Source: Stegostoma tigrinum (taxonomy: Eukaryota). From it: a stretch of DNA of 64,000 nt. Shown piece by piece: positions 13,276 to 25,995 of the stretch. The translations under genes and the position numbers were made by a program. The notes under the pieces were generated by a model. The model was given only the letters and a program-made list of their open reading frames with translations, was not told the DNA's origin and searched no databases. How positions within the stretch are numbered: position 1 is the stretch's first letter; every line of letters begins with the position of its first letter. The stretch spans positions 36,086,180-36,150,179 of the forward strand of contig NC_081383.1 of assembly GCF_030684315.1 (NCBI RefSeq). Reading direction: 5' to 3'.

Positions 13276-15778
13276 GGAGATAACGGGAACTGCAGATGCT
13301 GGAGAATCCAAGATAATAAAGTGTGGAGCTGGATGAACACAGCAGGCCAAGCAGCATCTCAGGAGCACAAAAGCTGACATTTCCGGCCTAGACCCTTCAT
13401 CAGAGAGGGGGATGGGGAGAGGGGGATGGGGAGAGGGAACTGGAATAAATAGGGAGAGAGGGGGAGGCGGACCGAAGATGGAGAGTAAAGAAGATAGGTG
13501 GAGAGGAGAGTATAGGTGGGGAGGTAGGGAGGGGATAGGTCAGTCCAGGGAAGATGGACAGGTCAAGGAGGCGGGATAAGGTTGGTAGGTAGGAAATGGG
13601 GGTGTGGCTTGAGGTGGGAGGAGGGGATAGATGAGACAAAGAACAGGTTAGGGAGGCGGGGATGAGCTGGGCTGGTTTTATGATGCAGTGGGGGGAGGGG
13701 AACGAGCTGGGCTGGTTTTGGGATGCGGTGGGGGAAGGGGAGATTTTGAAGTTTGTGAAGTCCACATTGATACAATTGGGCTGCAGGGTTCCCAGGCGGA
13801 ATATGAGTTGCTGTTCCTGCAACCTTCGGGTGGCATCATTGTGGCACTGCAGGAGGCCCATGATGGACATGTCATCTAAGGAATGGGAGGGGGAGTTAAA
13901 ATTGTTCGCGACTGGGAGGTGCGGTTGTTCATTGCAAACCGAGCGTAGGTGTTCTGCAAAGCGGTCCCCAAGCCGCCGCTTGGTTTCCCCAATGTAGAGA
14001 AAGCCACACCGGGTACAATGGATACAGTATACCACATTGGCAGGTGTGCAAGTGAATATCTGCTTAATATGGAAAGTCATCTTGGGGCCTGGGATGGGGG
14101 TTGAGGGATGAGGTGTAGGGGCAAGTGTAGCACTTCCTGCGGTTGCAGGGGAAGGTGCCCGGTGTGGTGGGGTTGGAGGGGAGTGTGGAGCGGACAAGGA
14201 GTCACGGAGAGAATGGTCTCTCTGGAAAGCAGACAAGGTTGGGGATGGAAAAATGTCTTGGGTTGTGGGGTCGGATTGTAGGTTGCGGAAGTGCCAGAGG
14301 ATGATGCGTTGTATCCGGAGGTTGGTGGGGTGGTGTGTGAGAACGAGAGGGACCCTCTTAGGGCGGTTATTGCGGGGGCCGGGTGTGAGGGATGTGTTGC
14401 GGGAAATGCGGGAGACACGGTCAAGGGCGTTCTTGACCACTGCACAGGGGAAGTTGCGGTCCTTGAAGAATGCGGACATCTGGGATGTGCCGGAGTGGAA
14501 TGTCTCATTGTGGGAACAGATGCAGCGGAGGCGAAGGAGTTAGGAATAGGGGATGGAAATTTTGCAGGAGGGTGGGTGGGAGGAAGTGTATTCTAGGTAG
14601 CTGTGGGAGTTGGTGGGCTTGAAATGGACATCAGTTTCTAGCTGGTTACCTGAGATGGAGACAGAGAGGTCCAGGAAGGTGAGGTATGTGTTGGAGGTGG
14701 CCCAGGTGAACTTGAGGTTGGGGTGGAAGGTGTTGGTGAAGTGGATGAACTGTTCGAGCTCCTCTTGGGACCAAGAGGCGGCGCCGACACGGTCATCAAT
14801 GTAACGGAGGAAGAGGTGGGGTTTGGGGCCAGTGTAGGTGCGGAAGAGTGACTGTTCCACGTAACCTACTAAGAGGCAGGCATAGCTGGGGCCCATGCAG
14901 GTACCCATGGCCACCCCCTTTGTCTGTAGGAAGTGGGAGGAATCGAAAGAGAAGTTGTTGAGGGTGAGGACGAGTTCGGCTAGGCTAATGAGGGTGTCGG
15001 TGGAGGGGGACTGGTCGGGCCTGCGGGATAGGAAGAAGTGGAGGGCCTTAGGGCCATCTGCAGGGGAATGCAGGTGTATAGGGACTGGACGTCCATGGTG
15101 AAAATGAGGTGTTGGGGGCCAGGGAATTGAAAGTCCTGGAGGAGGTGGAGGGCGTGGGTGGTGTCACGGACGTAGGTGGGGAGTTCCTGGACCAAAGGGG
15201 AGAAAATGGAGTCCAGATAGGTGGAGATGAGTTCGGTGGGGCAGGAGCAGGCTGAGACAAGGGGTCGACCAGGGCAGGCAGGTTTGTGGATTTTGGGAAG
15301 GAAATAGAAACGGGCCGTGCGGGGTTGGGGAACAATGAGGTTGGAGGCTGTGGGTGGGAGGTCCCCTGAGGTGATGAGGTCGTGAATGGTGTTGGAGATG
15401 ATGGTTTGGTGCTCGGGTGTGGGGTCATGATCGAGGAGGCGGTAGGAGGTGGTGTCGGAGAGTTGGCGTCTGGCCTCAGCGATGTAGAGGTCAGTGCGCC
15501 ATACTACCACTGCGCCACCCTTGTCTGTGGGTTTGATGGTGAGGTTGGGGTTGGAGCGGAGGGCTGCCCGTTCTGCGGGGGAGAGGTTGGAGTGGGTGAG
15601 AGGGGTGGAGAGGTTGAGGCGGTTAATGTCTCGACGGCAGTTGGAGATGAAGAGGTCGAGGGAGGGTAGGAGGCCTGGGGGTGGTGTCCAGGAGGAGGAC
15701 TTGTGTTGGAAGCAGGTGAAGGGGTCAGTGGAAGGAGGGTTGGGTTCCCGGTTAAAGAAGTAGGCATGGAGGCTGCGA
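13276..15778 (-). mobile_element. Penelope-like element (Neptune-type), 5'-truncated 2.5 kb: RT + GIY-YIG endonuclease + terminal repeat with hammerhead motif
   Basis: Frameshifted ORFs 14980-15510 (FYFLPKIHK..PGRP, TMDVQSLYT), 14540-14914 (AMGT.MGPSYA, RYIDD), 13400-14479 (NVVYCIHCTRCGFLYIGETKRRLGDRFAEH); 8-bp TSD AAATTACT at 13268-13275 / 15779-15786. Confidence 0.95.
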
Positions 15779-15859
15779 AAATTACTTTAGACGCTGGAAT
15801 CTGAACTGAGAACAAAACAAAACGCTGCAGATGACGGGCAGCATCCAGTCTAGATGACA

Positions 15860-16000
15860 CTTCACCGGAAATATGTAGGAACTATTTTCCATCATCGGTT
15901 TGTGTGGGGACAGCTTTGAAACCAGGACGGAATTGTTTCCGGTGTCAGGGTATAAGAGGCCGCTGCGGTCTACTTCCGGTCTCTCGAGCGCGCACTGACG
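15860..16000 (+). promoter_or_regulatory. rpl37 core promoter and 5'UTR (ETS/GABP sites, TATA-like box, pyrimidine initiator)
   Basis: CCGGAA ~15866, TTCCGG ~15937, TATAAG 15951-15956, CTTCCGGTCTCT from 15973; locally CpG-rich. Confidence 0.8.
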
Positions 16001-16003
16001 ATG
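16001..16003 (+). CDS. rpl37: 60S ribosomal protein L37 (eL37), exon 1 (ATG only)
   Basis: ATG followed directly by donor GTGAGT, as in vertebrate RPL37. Confidence 0.9.
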
Positions 16004-17968
16004 GTGAGTGAGGATCGGAGCGGGCTGCAGGCCCGGGGTCAAAATCCACGTCCATCCATTCCCGGCCGGGCCACTACCATCAGCCCGTCACTAGGAACTA
16101 ACTCGATACGTATTCATCTGCCATCCCGCTCCGATATTGTGGGGCATAGCTGATGAAATTGCGGGCGTTCAGTCGCAGCGGCGGTGCACACACTCGAACC
16201 CGGGGCCTCAGTCTGGGCCTAGTGCTTGTGCTTTACAGTTTTGTATGAGGGGCCGCCTTTACTGGGTCTTTCATATTCCTCAGGCTGAAGGTAGTGCCTC
16301 TCTTAACCAAGGCTCCGTTTCCTGGTAAAAGTTTGCATTGAGGTGGCCCCTGCCAGTCCATCCCGTTTCTAGTTCTCCACTCACTGTATCTCTCAATGAA
16401 TCCTAATGCCTTTCCCATGTAAGTACGTTACAAATCGACCAAGCGACCACAGAAAATGCCGCAAATACTCAACCTGGTCGTACAGCACCACTGTAGGGAA
16501 AATCACTTAATGTTTCAGATCTGTGAGCTTTCATCAGACACGAAAGGATAACTTTTCTTTCCTCCCCAGTGAGTGCTGACCCAGATCTGGAAGAAGCTCT
16601 CAGAGATGAAGCATTAGCTGCTCTTCTTCCCACGTATTACCTGACGAGTTGAGTTTTGCAAGCATTTTTTTTCAGATTTCCACCATTAACAGTACTTTGT
16701 TTAAGTAACACTGTCCTGATCCTCGTTATTTCTGTACAACAAATTCTGAACAGTTTAGAGAATGTTAATGTTTCAGATTCTGTTGTTTGGTTAATAGCCT
16801 ATTTTTTCAAATAATATTTTTGGCTATGCTCTGTTATGTTTCAAGTCGTCCATAATAGGGGTGTTATCAAACCCAGCTTATGTGGAAGCATCTTCTGCAG
16901 GTTCAGTCAGCATCTGAAATCTTTGTGGGTTAAATATTCAGCTGTGGTCCTTTGCAAGGTTCCTAGTGAAGCCTGTACCAATATCCTTCTATGACTATCC
17001 GTACAGCATTGTAGAATTACGGAATTTGGGCTTGGAGAAAAGTTTGATCCTCACCTTTCACCCCCAATCTGATTTCTCTATCATTTCTGAAGATCGACTG
17101 AAAAGATGATATCTCCTTTTTTTGTTCATTATTTTTCATGTTATATTAGTCTCTTTGAACACTTCTGACATTACAACAATAAATGATGTACAACACCACT
17201 CTGTCTGCAAATTTGTTTGTTCTGAAATATTGCATAACACCATTAAAATTACATGGATATTAATACTGAAAACCTCACGTTCATTCAGTCACATTTACAA
17301 TGCCCAAGGTAAAGAATCAAATCACTTTTGCTAGGCTTTAAATAAACGCAGGAGATGATCTTCTATGTGTACCACCTAAATAAAGTTATCCCAATAAAAG
17401 ATCTTTGATCTACAATATTTACTCTGCTTCTCTCTTCATTGAAGTTGCCTGAATTGCTGAACATCTGAAGTATTTTCTGGTTTCATTTAAGCTAGGCATA
17501 GTTTGTGAGAAAACAGAAATTGCCAAAGAACCTCAGATCTGGCAGCGTCTGTGGAGAGGTGTCAGATGTGCTGAGTTTCTCTAGCAATTTCTACTTTTGT
17601 TTCAGATCTCCAGCATCCACGGTTCTTTGTTTTATTATAATTTTTGGCAATGTTTATGTTAACATGTAAATGCATCAATGCAATAATTGGCAGTAGTTGC
17701 AGAGAGAGCCAAGAGTACTGCATGAGGGAGAAAGGAATAGGATACATTAACAGGATTAGGTGACAAAGCCTTGGACCATAAACCCTTGTGTAGGCCAGTT
17801 ACATTAAACTTTTGATGTGATTCCCTGCCTGAACTTGTTCTTTTTTTCTTGTGTTATTGAGAGCATGTGGTGTTAGCAGGCACATGTTTTCATTTAGCTT
17901 TCATTATGCTGAGCTCTGAACTAAGGATAGGTTGATCATTTCTAATCCCTTTTTTGTAAAATGCCTGA

Positions 17969-18205
<237 letters not shown>

Positions 18206-19061
18206 TGACAGCACTGATTCTTATACTAGCATTATTCTAGTACATTATTATGGAAAAAACGTGGTCTTTGTGCATGGTTACTAATATTGGAAGATTCTTT
18301 GGAAATCCCTGCACATTTTGGCAGCAGTCACTGTTTTAAATTATATTCCACTTACCTGTGGCATCACACCTAGTCAACCCTGGGCTGTGATTTTGACGTG
18401 TGTCTATTCTGTCATAGATATTGAGAATATCAAAAAGTGGATTTGTGATAAGTAATATATTTGAGCATTAAGCTGAATGCCAGGTGAGGGTGGACTTTAG
18501 TTCAGTTGTGATTTGCTTCTTGGTTAAGTTGACATTGGCTATGTTGTTTTATATGTTACAGTTGGACATTCAGTTGGATGTCAGTCAACAATTAGTATCT
18601 TCCTCCAGGAATTGGGGGGAGGAAATGATGTAAGATAAGTGCTTGCAAGACCTCACAGATGGTCTTGAAATATTTGATTATAACTGTTAGAATGCTTTTA
18701 GCAATCACTTGATTTTCACCCATAAAATCCGTCCACATATTCTTCAAATCATTTATATCTACTTTCATTCCTAGCATTCTTACTCTTCAGTTAAAAATCT
18801 CATCACCTTGTAAAAATTATTATCTGATGTAGTATATATATACAGCATATTTTCAACCAATCTCAATACAAAATAGTTATTTGTAATTATGTTTAATTTG
18901 TGCCTACTCATTTGACCAGTGAATACAAGACATCACTGTTTGACTTGTGTAGTCTTTCAGCACTTTGAAGATTTTAATTAGGTCAACTTTCGATCTTGTA
19001 TTGATGAATTCTCAATACCTCAAGGTATTCTCAAAAGTATTACCCCTTAGCCCTATGGTAA

Positions 19062-19313
<252 letters not shown>

Positions 19314-20539
19314 TAAGGGATGCTGTGATGCTGAGAAACTACTCGTAATGATTATGCAGGTAGTGCTAATGCATATGATCACTATTTCTGTGAGAAATGA
19401 TCAAACATTAACTCTTTCATAAGATGAAAGATAGAAAATTGGAACAGGCTGCTAAAATATTCTGCTTGTTTTACTTCTAGATGAAGATAGAGTTTGGGGT
19501 GGAGGGGGCCATCTGCAAGAGGCTGATGTGGGGAGGAAGGTTGGTATATCGAGGGGAAGGAGTGTTGGTGTGAGTTGTATCTCAGAAAAAGCAGCATTGA
19601 TGGCTGTATGTGGGAGAGGAGCAGCACTGGGTGGTGAATCTGGGAGGTAGTATGCCAGATCAGTACCGGGTCAATAATTTCTAATCTAGTCTGACCCCAA
19701 ATCACTCTGAATTTTCAACATTCATAGTCAAATAAATTGAGCTGGAGTTCCTCGAGAACTTGGTCTGATTTAAGATTTGGAACGTATTAAGGCCTTGAAA
19801 CAAAATGCATCGCAGCACCTTTTATAATTTGATTCGGGGGTGGGCTGAATAATTGAGGGAAAAGAAACAACTCTAAGGCTTGCCCCAAATCAGTGATTAA
19901 AATTGTCTGTTATGGATGCACCTTGGATATTTGGGAAGCCCTCAGCAGGGTGTGCATTTTACACCTGTACATTTCCTATCTTCAGAATGTTGATTCATTT
20001 TGTCAGCTTTTCCTTTCTAAATTTCTTTGTTCACAAAGTGGAAATAGCCTGTGAATTTAGTATGTGATAATTCTCCTGTAGTATGTGGTAATTTTCCTAT
20101 TAGTAATGGTGTTTTAGTTTTGATTTAATCTTTTTTGCCATCTATTGTTTTTGATATACACCAAATTGGGTCAAATGCCACCTTCAGATAACAAGTTTTA
20201 GAGAAAGTATTTATCGATTCAGGGTGTGCTTTCATAAGTTACCACTTTATTAAAAGTCCTTACTATTTGTATACTTTCCATATATCCTACCCCTGGAATT
20301 AGCACCTTTCACATTCTTGGAATATTCCAAGAAGCTGCATAGCAATGAAGTTAAGTAGTAAAACCTGCAGCAATTTGGAAAATGGTTTGCTGGAACTTGG
20401 AGGTTTCCCTGCAATAGCATCGAATTTGGAGTGATATATAAATGAAGAGGAAACCATCCCAAAGGACTGATGCTCTTTATAACTGAAGAAAATAAACCTA
20501 GTCCAGGTTTAATATAAGGGATTAGGTTATTTGGCTCTT

Positions 20540-21500
20540 AAGTATTAACAAATAATAGCAGTGTAGGCAGACAACCCGCTAGGACCTGATTGGATGGCAT
20601 CTGAGGATTTTAAAGGAAATGGCTGCAGAGACATTGAAGTCATTGGTTGAAATATTCTAGAATTTACTAAATTCTGAGAGGATTTCAACGTATTGGAAAA
20701 CCACTGATGTGATTGAGTGAGTGGGCAAAAACTTGGCAGGTGGAGTTTAATGTCGGCAAATGTGAGGTCTTGCATTTTAGTAGGAAGCATCGAAAGGCAG
20801 ACTTATTTAAATGGAGAGAAACTCGGGAATTTGGGTGGTGCTGTGCATGAAACACAATGTTAGCATGCAGTTGCAGCAACTAATTAACAAGGCAAGTGGA
20901 ATTTTGCTGGGGGTTTAGAATTTTAAAACAGCTGCAATTTTGTTCTTGAGCACTTGTGCAGGGTGTCAGTGAGGCTGCACTTGGAATACTGTGTACCATT
21001 TTGCTCCCCATATTTAAGGAAGTTTGGCACTGGAGGCTGTTCAAAAGATATTCGAGGGATGAGGGGGTTGAACTGTTAAAACAGGTTAGGCAGTTGGAAT
21101 TAAACTCATTCAAGTTTAAAAGAATGAGAGGTAATCTTATTGAAATATACAAGACTGGGGGACTTGACAGTGTAGATGTCAAGATGATGTTTTTAGTAGT
21201 GAGTGAATAGGAACTGAGTTACACAATAAGGAACACTCATTTATAACTTAGATGTAAAAGAATTCCTTCTGAGGGTAGTGAATGTCTGGAATTCTCTGCC
21301 CCAGAGAATTCTGGAGGTTAGATCACTGAAAATATTCAAAGAGGAGTTAGATATATGTTTGAAATATCGAGGAATTGAGGGCTATGAGGAACTGACCAGA
21401 AAGAAGAGCTGAGGCCTTGGGCAAATTAAGTTCAATCTTGTTGAATGGTGATGCCAGCTTAAGGCGCTGAATGGCTTATTTCTGCTGCTGTTTCATAAGT
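20540..21500 (+). mobile_element. CR1-type LINE remnant in rpl37 intron 3
   Basis: WQVEFNVGKCEVLHF and KRMRGNLIEIYK motifs plus a CR1-like 3' end. Confidence 0.8.
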
Positions 21501-22164
21501 TCTTTGTGTCTCTGTTATTCTGTGAGATCATCACTGCTTTACAACCTAACTAACCTTTGTCCCAAAGTGTTTTATATGTCTGAAAAATAAAATTCCACTA
21601 ATTCCGTGTTTAAAAAGTACCAGTTTAGCATCTGTTGCAATTTGCAGAAGAGCACAAATTTCTTGACAAACTGTATGTGTAAATGTCCTGAAAACATGAA
21701 AACAGTTTTTGCTTCCATTTGTTCCCCAAATATCTTGACTTTGATCATATCGTATCAAATTCCAGGAACCACTGACCTAGTTTTTGTAGTTTCTTTGTAA
21801 CTTAACCTCTTAGGCACCGATATGGTTTTGATGAAACTGCACGGCATTGTCTGTTAAGGCAGTATATCCTTCTTGATGTGTTGTGCCCAGACTGCTCGCA
21901 GCCAGGGCCTTATCTGGACAAAGTATGGCTTTACTACCTTGAACTCTGGTCCTCTAGAAAGGAAAGCATTATTCCATTGGCTTTTATTATTATTATTTAA
22001 TATTTGTTTGTTCCAGTTTAATGATTTGTACATGGAGCCCCAAATTCCTTTGGGCTTTGACTGTTCCTAGCTTTTTAACATCCAGAAAGAGTCCTGTTTT
22101 TATCTTTCATTTGCCTATATTCAAAATTCATTTATTACAGTTTTCACATTGATAATACATTTTA

Positions 22165-22385
22165 AAAAACAAAATAACTGCAGATGCTGTAAGTCAGGAA
22201 CAAAAACAAGTTGCTGGAAAAGCTCAGCAGGTCTGGCAGCATCTGTGAAGAAAAATCAGATAATGTTTCGGGTCCGGCGACTTAGAAGTCAGAAGTTCTG
22301 AGGAAAGGTCAGTGGACTCGAAACGTTAATTCTGATCTTTCTCTTCACAGACGCTGCCATTCCTGCTGAGCTTTTCCAACAATTT
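22165..22385. repeat. Fold-back element made of two inverted PLE terminal repeats, with a + strand hammerhead core
   Basis: Arms GTTGCTGGAAAAGCTCAGCAGGTCTGGCAGCATCTGTGAAGA / TCTTCACAGACGCTGCCATTCCTGCTGAGCTTTTCCAACAA; CTGAGGA at 22298, GAAACGTT at 22320. Confidence 0.8.
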
Positions 22386-22906
22386 ATGTAATAATACATG
22401 TTGTAGTTGTATGCTTCATCTACGCTACTTACACTGCCACTTTTTTATGCCATCATCAAGTTAGGGTAAGTAGCTATCTAATTCATTATCTGATTTGTTA
22501 ATAAATATGATGAATAGGTGAGGGCACAGCATAGATTCTTGCAAGGGTATCATTAAACAAATAACAAACAATGGTAGGGCTTGTACAACTAATGATAGGG
22601 CCTTGGGTGTTCGTAGAGTCACACAGCATGAAAACACCCTTCAGTCTGGCCATTTCAGAATTGTCACCTTTGAGAGATTGGGAGCAGACAAACAGCTGCA
22701 ATTGGTCTTGGGGTTTGGACACAGTGATTCGTATAGAAGGGTGCAGAGAAAGTGCTGTGGGTTTAAAAGAGTGAAGTTAATATGATTACTTGATTAGATG
22801 TTGTTGAAGAGAATTTGAAATTATTTTGGCATTGCTATAGAGGGATACTCAGGTCTTGCCACTAAAAATTCCACTACCCTAACTATTTTCCCACCTTTGT
22901 CTGCAG

Positions 22907-22976
22907 GAATGGATTCCGCGAGGGGACCACTCCAAAGCCCAGACGTGCAACAATGGCTTCCTCCAGCACTGCATAA
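22907..22976 (+). CDS. rpl37: rpl37 exon 4
   Basis: TGCAG acceptor; (R)NGFREGTTPKPRRATMASSSTA-stop; total CDS 3+136+85+70 = 294 nt = 97 aa + stop. Confidence 0.98.
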
Positions 22977-22999
22977 ACTATCAGTGTATCTACACAACA

Positions 23000-23005
23000 A
23001 ATAAA
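23000..23005 (+). terminator. rpl37 polyadenylation signal
   Basis: AATAAA ~24 nt after the stop codon, with a T/GT-rich tract downstream. Confidence 0.85.
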
Positions 23006-24712
23006 ACTCAAATTTGCAATGTTTTCCTGACCTCCCTGTGCTTGTTTTTTATACCCATTCTACTCATCAGTTCAAAAAGTATCCAGCCTGCAAAGTAAAT
23101 TGTACTCGGAAGGATTTGATCACTTTTTCAGACATTTTCTTTTCAAAAGTTACTAAAGAATTTGGGCAATCACTGTTTCAGGCAATGCATTCCAGATTGC
23201 AATTGAATTAAATGAAAGATCTATCCCTTCTGATTTATTTTACCATTTTAAAATCATCCTGTCTTCTCTCTCCTCCCTTGAATAGTGGTGTTAAATTTTG
23301 CTAACTTCCAGTCTGCTGGGGTTCTTCTAAAATCATGGCCAGTCTAATTGTTATCTTGATATTCTGATTGGATGGATATTTTTGTAACAGCACTACCACC
23401 TGTCAGGTCTGGCCAAACTGTAATCCAGGCCTCTGCTTAATTATGATGGAGCAATGGAAAACTGACCACATTCATGCGTCACTGTATCCTTCTCCTGGTT
23501 AAATGTGTGTGTCATTTTTCCTGTTCCTCTTATCCACTGACATCCAACTCTTGTTCATGAATGGCAGAGTTGATTTCTCTAACATGGCAAGTAATGGGAT
23601 TGGGCAAGATGCAGTCCTTGTGTTAGGGCACTTGTTGATCATGTCAATGTTAAAGTGAGCCCCATTTTCACACTTTGTATCTAATAAAAATTCTTGACCT
23701 GAACTGAATGAATCATCGGGCAATGTGTGTTGAGCTGATTGTGTGGGCATTTCTAGCATTTGACCATTCTCCAGCCCACCAAAATCTGCAGTTTCAGTCA
23801 TTAATTGCCATGTTGTCACCTTCTGGAATGAACTTTGCCTCTCTCATTAACAAGTATTGTAACTCAAAATCTATAAGTTAGCCAATGCTGTGAATCAGCA
23901 AATTAAGCTTCAGAATACTTGACTGTGCTGTCGTGAACTTGCAATGCACATTCATAAGATTCTCTATTCGAAGGGGCCATGCATTGGTTGCAGACTAGGC
24001 CTGACATGGTTTGCTTTCAGATTTAAAACTAGGTTCCAGGCTTAATCCTGAAGAAGATGGAAGTTAGTACAGATTGTACTGTTAGTTACACTATCAATGG
24101 CAGAGCTAATTTTGTGACTGCTGTCCTCTTTGTACGTTGGAGTATAGTATTTCAAACATTGGCACCCAGTTCTGGATAGGCAAGGGCCAAGATGCTGAAA
24201 ATCATTAAAGCTTTCAAAATGCAAACATTATTGATGGGGTATGATAAAATACATACTAAGTTGCGTGCGCATCAGATGTCTTGTACATCCCGCAAAGACG
24301 TTGAATATTAGATAATGCAGCAGCTAAGCAGCTGGTGCCTTCTGATTTTCTGTTCCCTACATCTGATTCAGCCATTCTGTCTTGTGGGTCTTTTGGTGGG
24401 CAACATTTAGATGACATCTCTGTCTCCAGAGCATGCATGCTGAGCACTCCAAAACCCATAGTTTCAGCAGCCTAATCTGTCAAGTTTCAACGACACAGGA
24501 ACACCGGGCTCTTCTTTTATGATGCTGGTGATGGAACTGTTGGAAAAGTTCAGACATTCTCCCTGCATTGCAATAACGGAGCAAGGAAAGAAATGACATT
24601 TGTGACAGGAGATCAATGGAGCTACCAGCTGAGCATTAGGAAGTGAGCATACGACATTTAGTCAACACTGCATTGCCAAATGTTATTGCTTGCACAGATT
24701 ATATTCTTAGAA

Positions 24713-24858
24713 TGTGGAGCTGAAATTTTCTGATGAAGGGTCTAGGCCCGAAACATCAGTTTTTGTGCTCCAAAGATGCTGTTTGGCCTGCTGTGTTCAT
24801 CCACCTCCACACTTTGTTATCTCGGATTCTCCAGCATCTGCAGTTCCCGTTATCTCTC
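24713..24858 (+). mobile_element. Solo PLE terminal-repeat mini-insertion with hammerhead motif
   Basis: CTGATGAAGGGTCTAGGCCCGAAACATC at 24730; 9-bp TSD TTCTTAGAA at 24704-24712 / 24859-24867. Confidence 0.85.
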
Positions 24859-25269
24859 TTCTTAGAAAGTAACCTGGATTTGCTCAAGAACTGCAGTTTC
24901 AAGATAGTAGATGTAATACACAATGAAATCTGCAATTTAGAATCCTACCCCGATGCGTTAATATTTGCCCTATTTCCTGATTGCTGCCAATAGAGTGCTT
25001 CAGACTGCAGACAGGAACTGGGAGGGAAAGATAGCAGAAATCAAGGTAGCCAGTTACGGTGTGAAATTTTGCTGACTGAACCTGCCTCATTTGATTTAGC
25101 AGACCTCTGCTCCAGATAAGGCCAAGTTTCATAGCAATGCCTAGACCTTTGGAATGGTAGCCGTTACAGCTCAGGAGAAGATCATTCAGCAACTGAGACT
25201 ATGTATGATATTTGTAGAGCAATCTGAATTCCTCGTTCTCAGCCAGAAAAGTTTAAAATCCTCAGTTGT

Positions 25270-25995
25270 CTAGCTGCTGAACGGATATCCCCTCAACTTC
25301 ATCGCAGGTGCCTTCTAAATAGACAATGCCAAGAGGACACACTACAACCTGACACACTAGCCACGCTGCCCTATGACAAGAACAGAACTGACAATGAAAC
25401 TCCTACCACCACCAGGAATCGAGATAACACACAAGCCCACAGCCACGCTACAACAAACACAAGGATTAAAGACCCTATACCCATGACATGTAGAACCAAT
25501 GTAATTTACAAAATACCATGCAGAGACTGCCACAAACATTAGATTGGACAGACAGGAAAGAAACTAGCCATCAGAGTACATGAGCATCAGCTGCAGCAAA
25601 GCAACACAACAAACTTGCCCCAATATCAGTATGCTCGGATAATGAGGGCCATCAGTTTAATTGGGACAAGGTAACCATAGTAGCCCAAGCCAAACATAGA
25701 CATGCACGGGAATTCCTAGAGGCATGGTTCTCAAGATATAATGCGATCAACAAACATGTAGATTCGGACCACATATGCAAATCCACACAGAACAGAACCA
25801 GAAATAACACAACTGACCATAACGGACCAGACTGTACAAATTCCAAATAACATCGCTTCATTGGAGACCCCACTGATGATGTCACCTTGCATGGTGACAA
25901 AATGTCTGGATGAAAACAAGCCAGCTTGGCGAGCAAGTCAACAACTTCACTGACAACCTGAGCTGCAAATCTTTGCAAAAACTTTAAATTCACTA
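25270..25995 (+). mobile_element. Second PLE family (Penelope/Poseidon-type), 3' fragment
   Basis: NGYP...LPY and VIYKIPCRDCHKH*IGQTGKKLAIRVHEHQ GIY-YIG motif; decayed hammerhead at 25871-25910. Confidence 0.8.

Noticed and set aside
13660-13740. ~40-bp tandem duplication near the PLE ORF end (also ~42400-42460)
   Set aside because: Shared subfamily trait of the element, not a locus-specific signal
24548-24558. 11-nt match to the recalled SNORD72 guide on the minus strand
   Set aside because: Outside the gene, wrong strand, no C/D boxes; treated as chance
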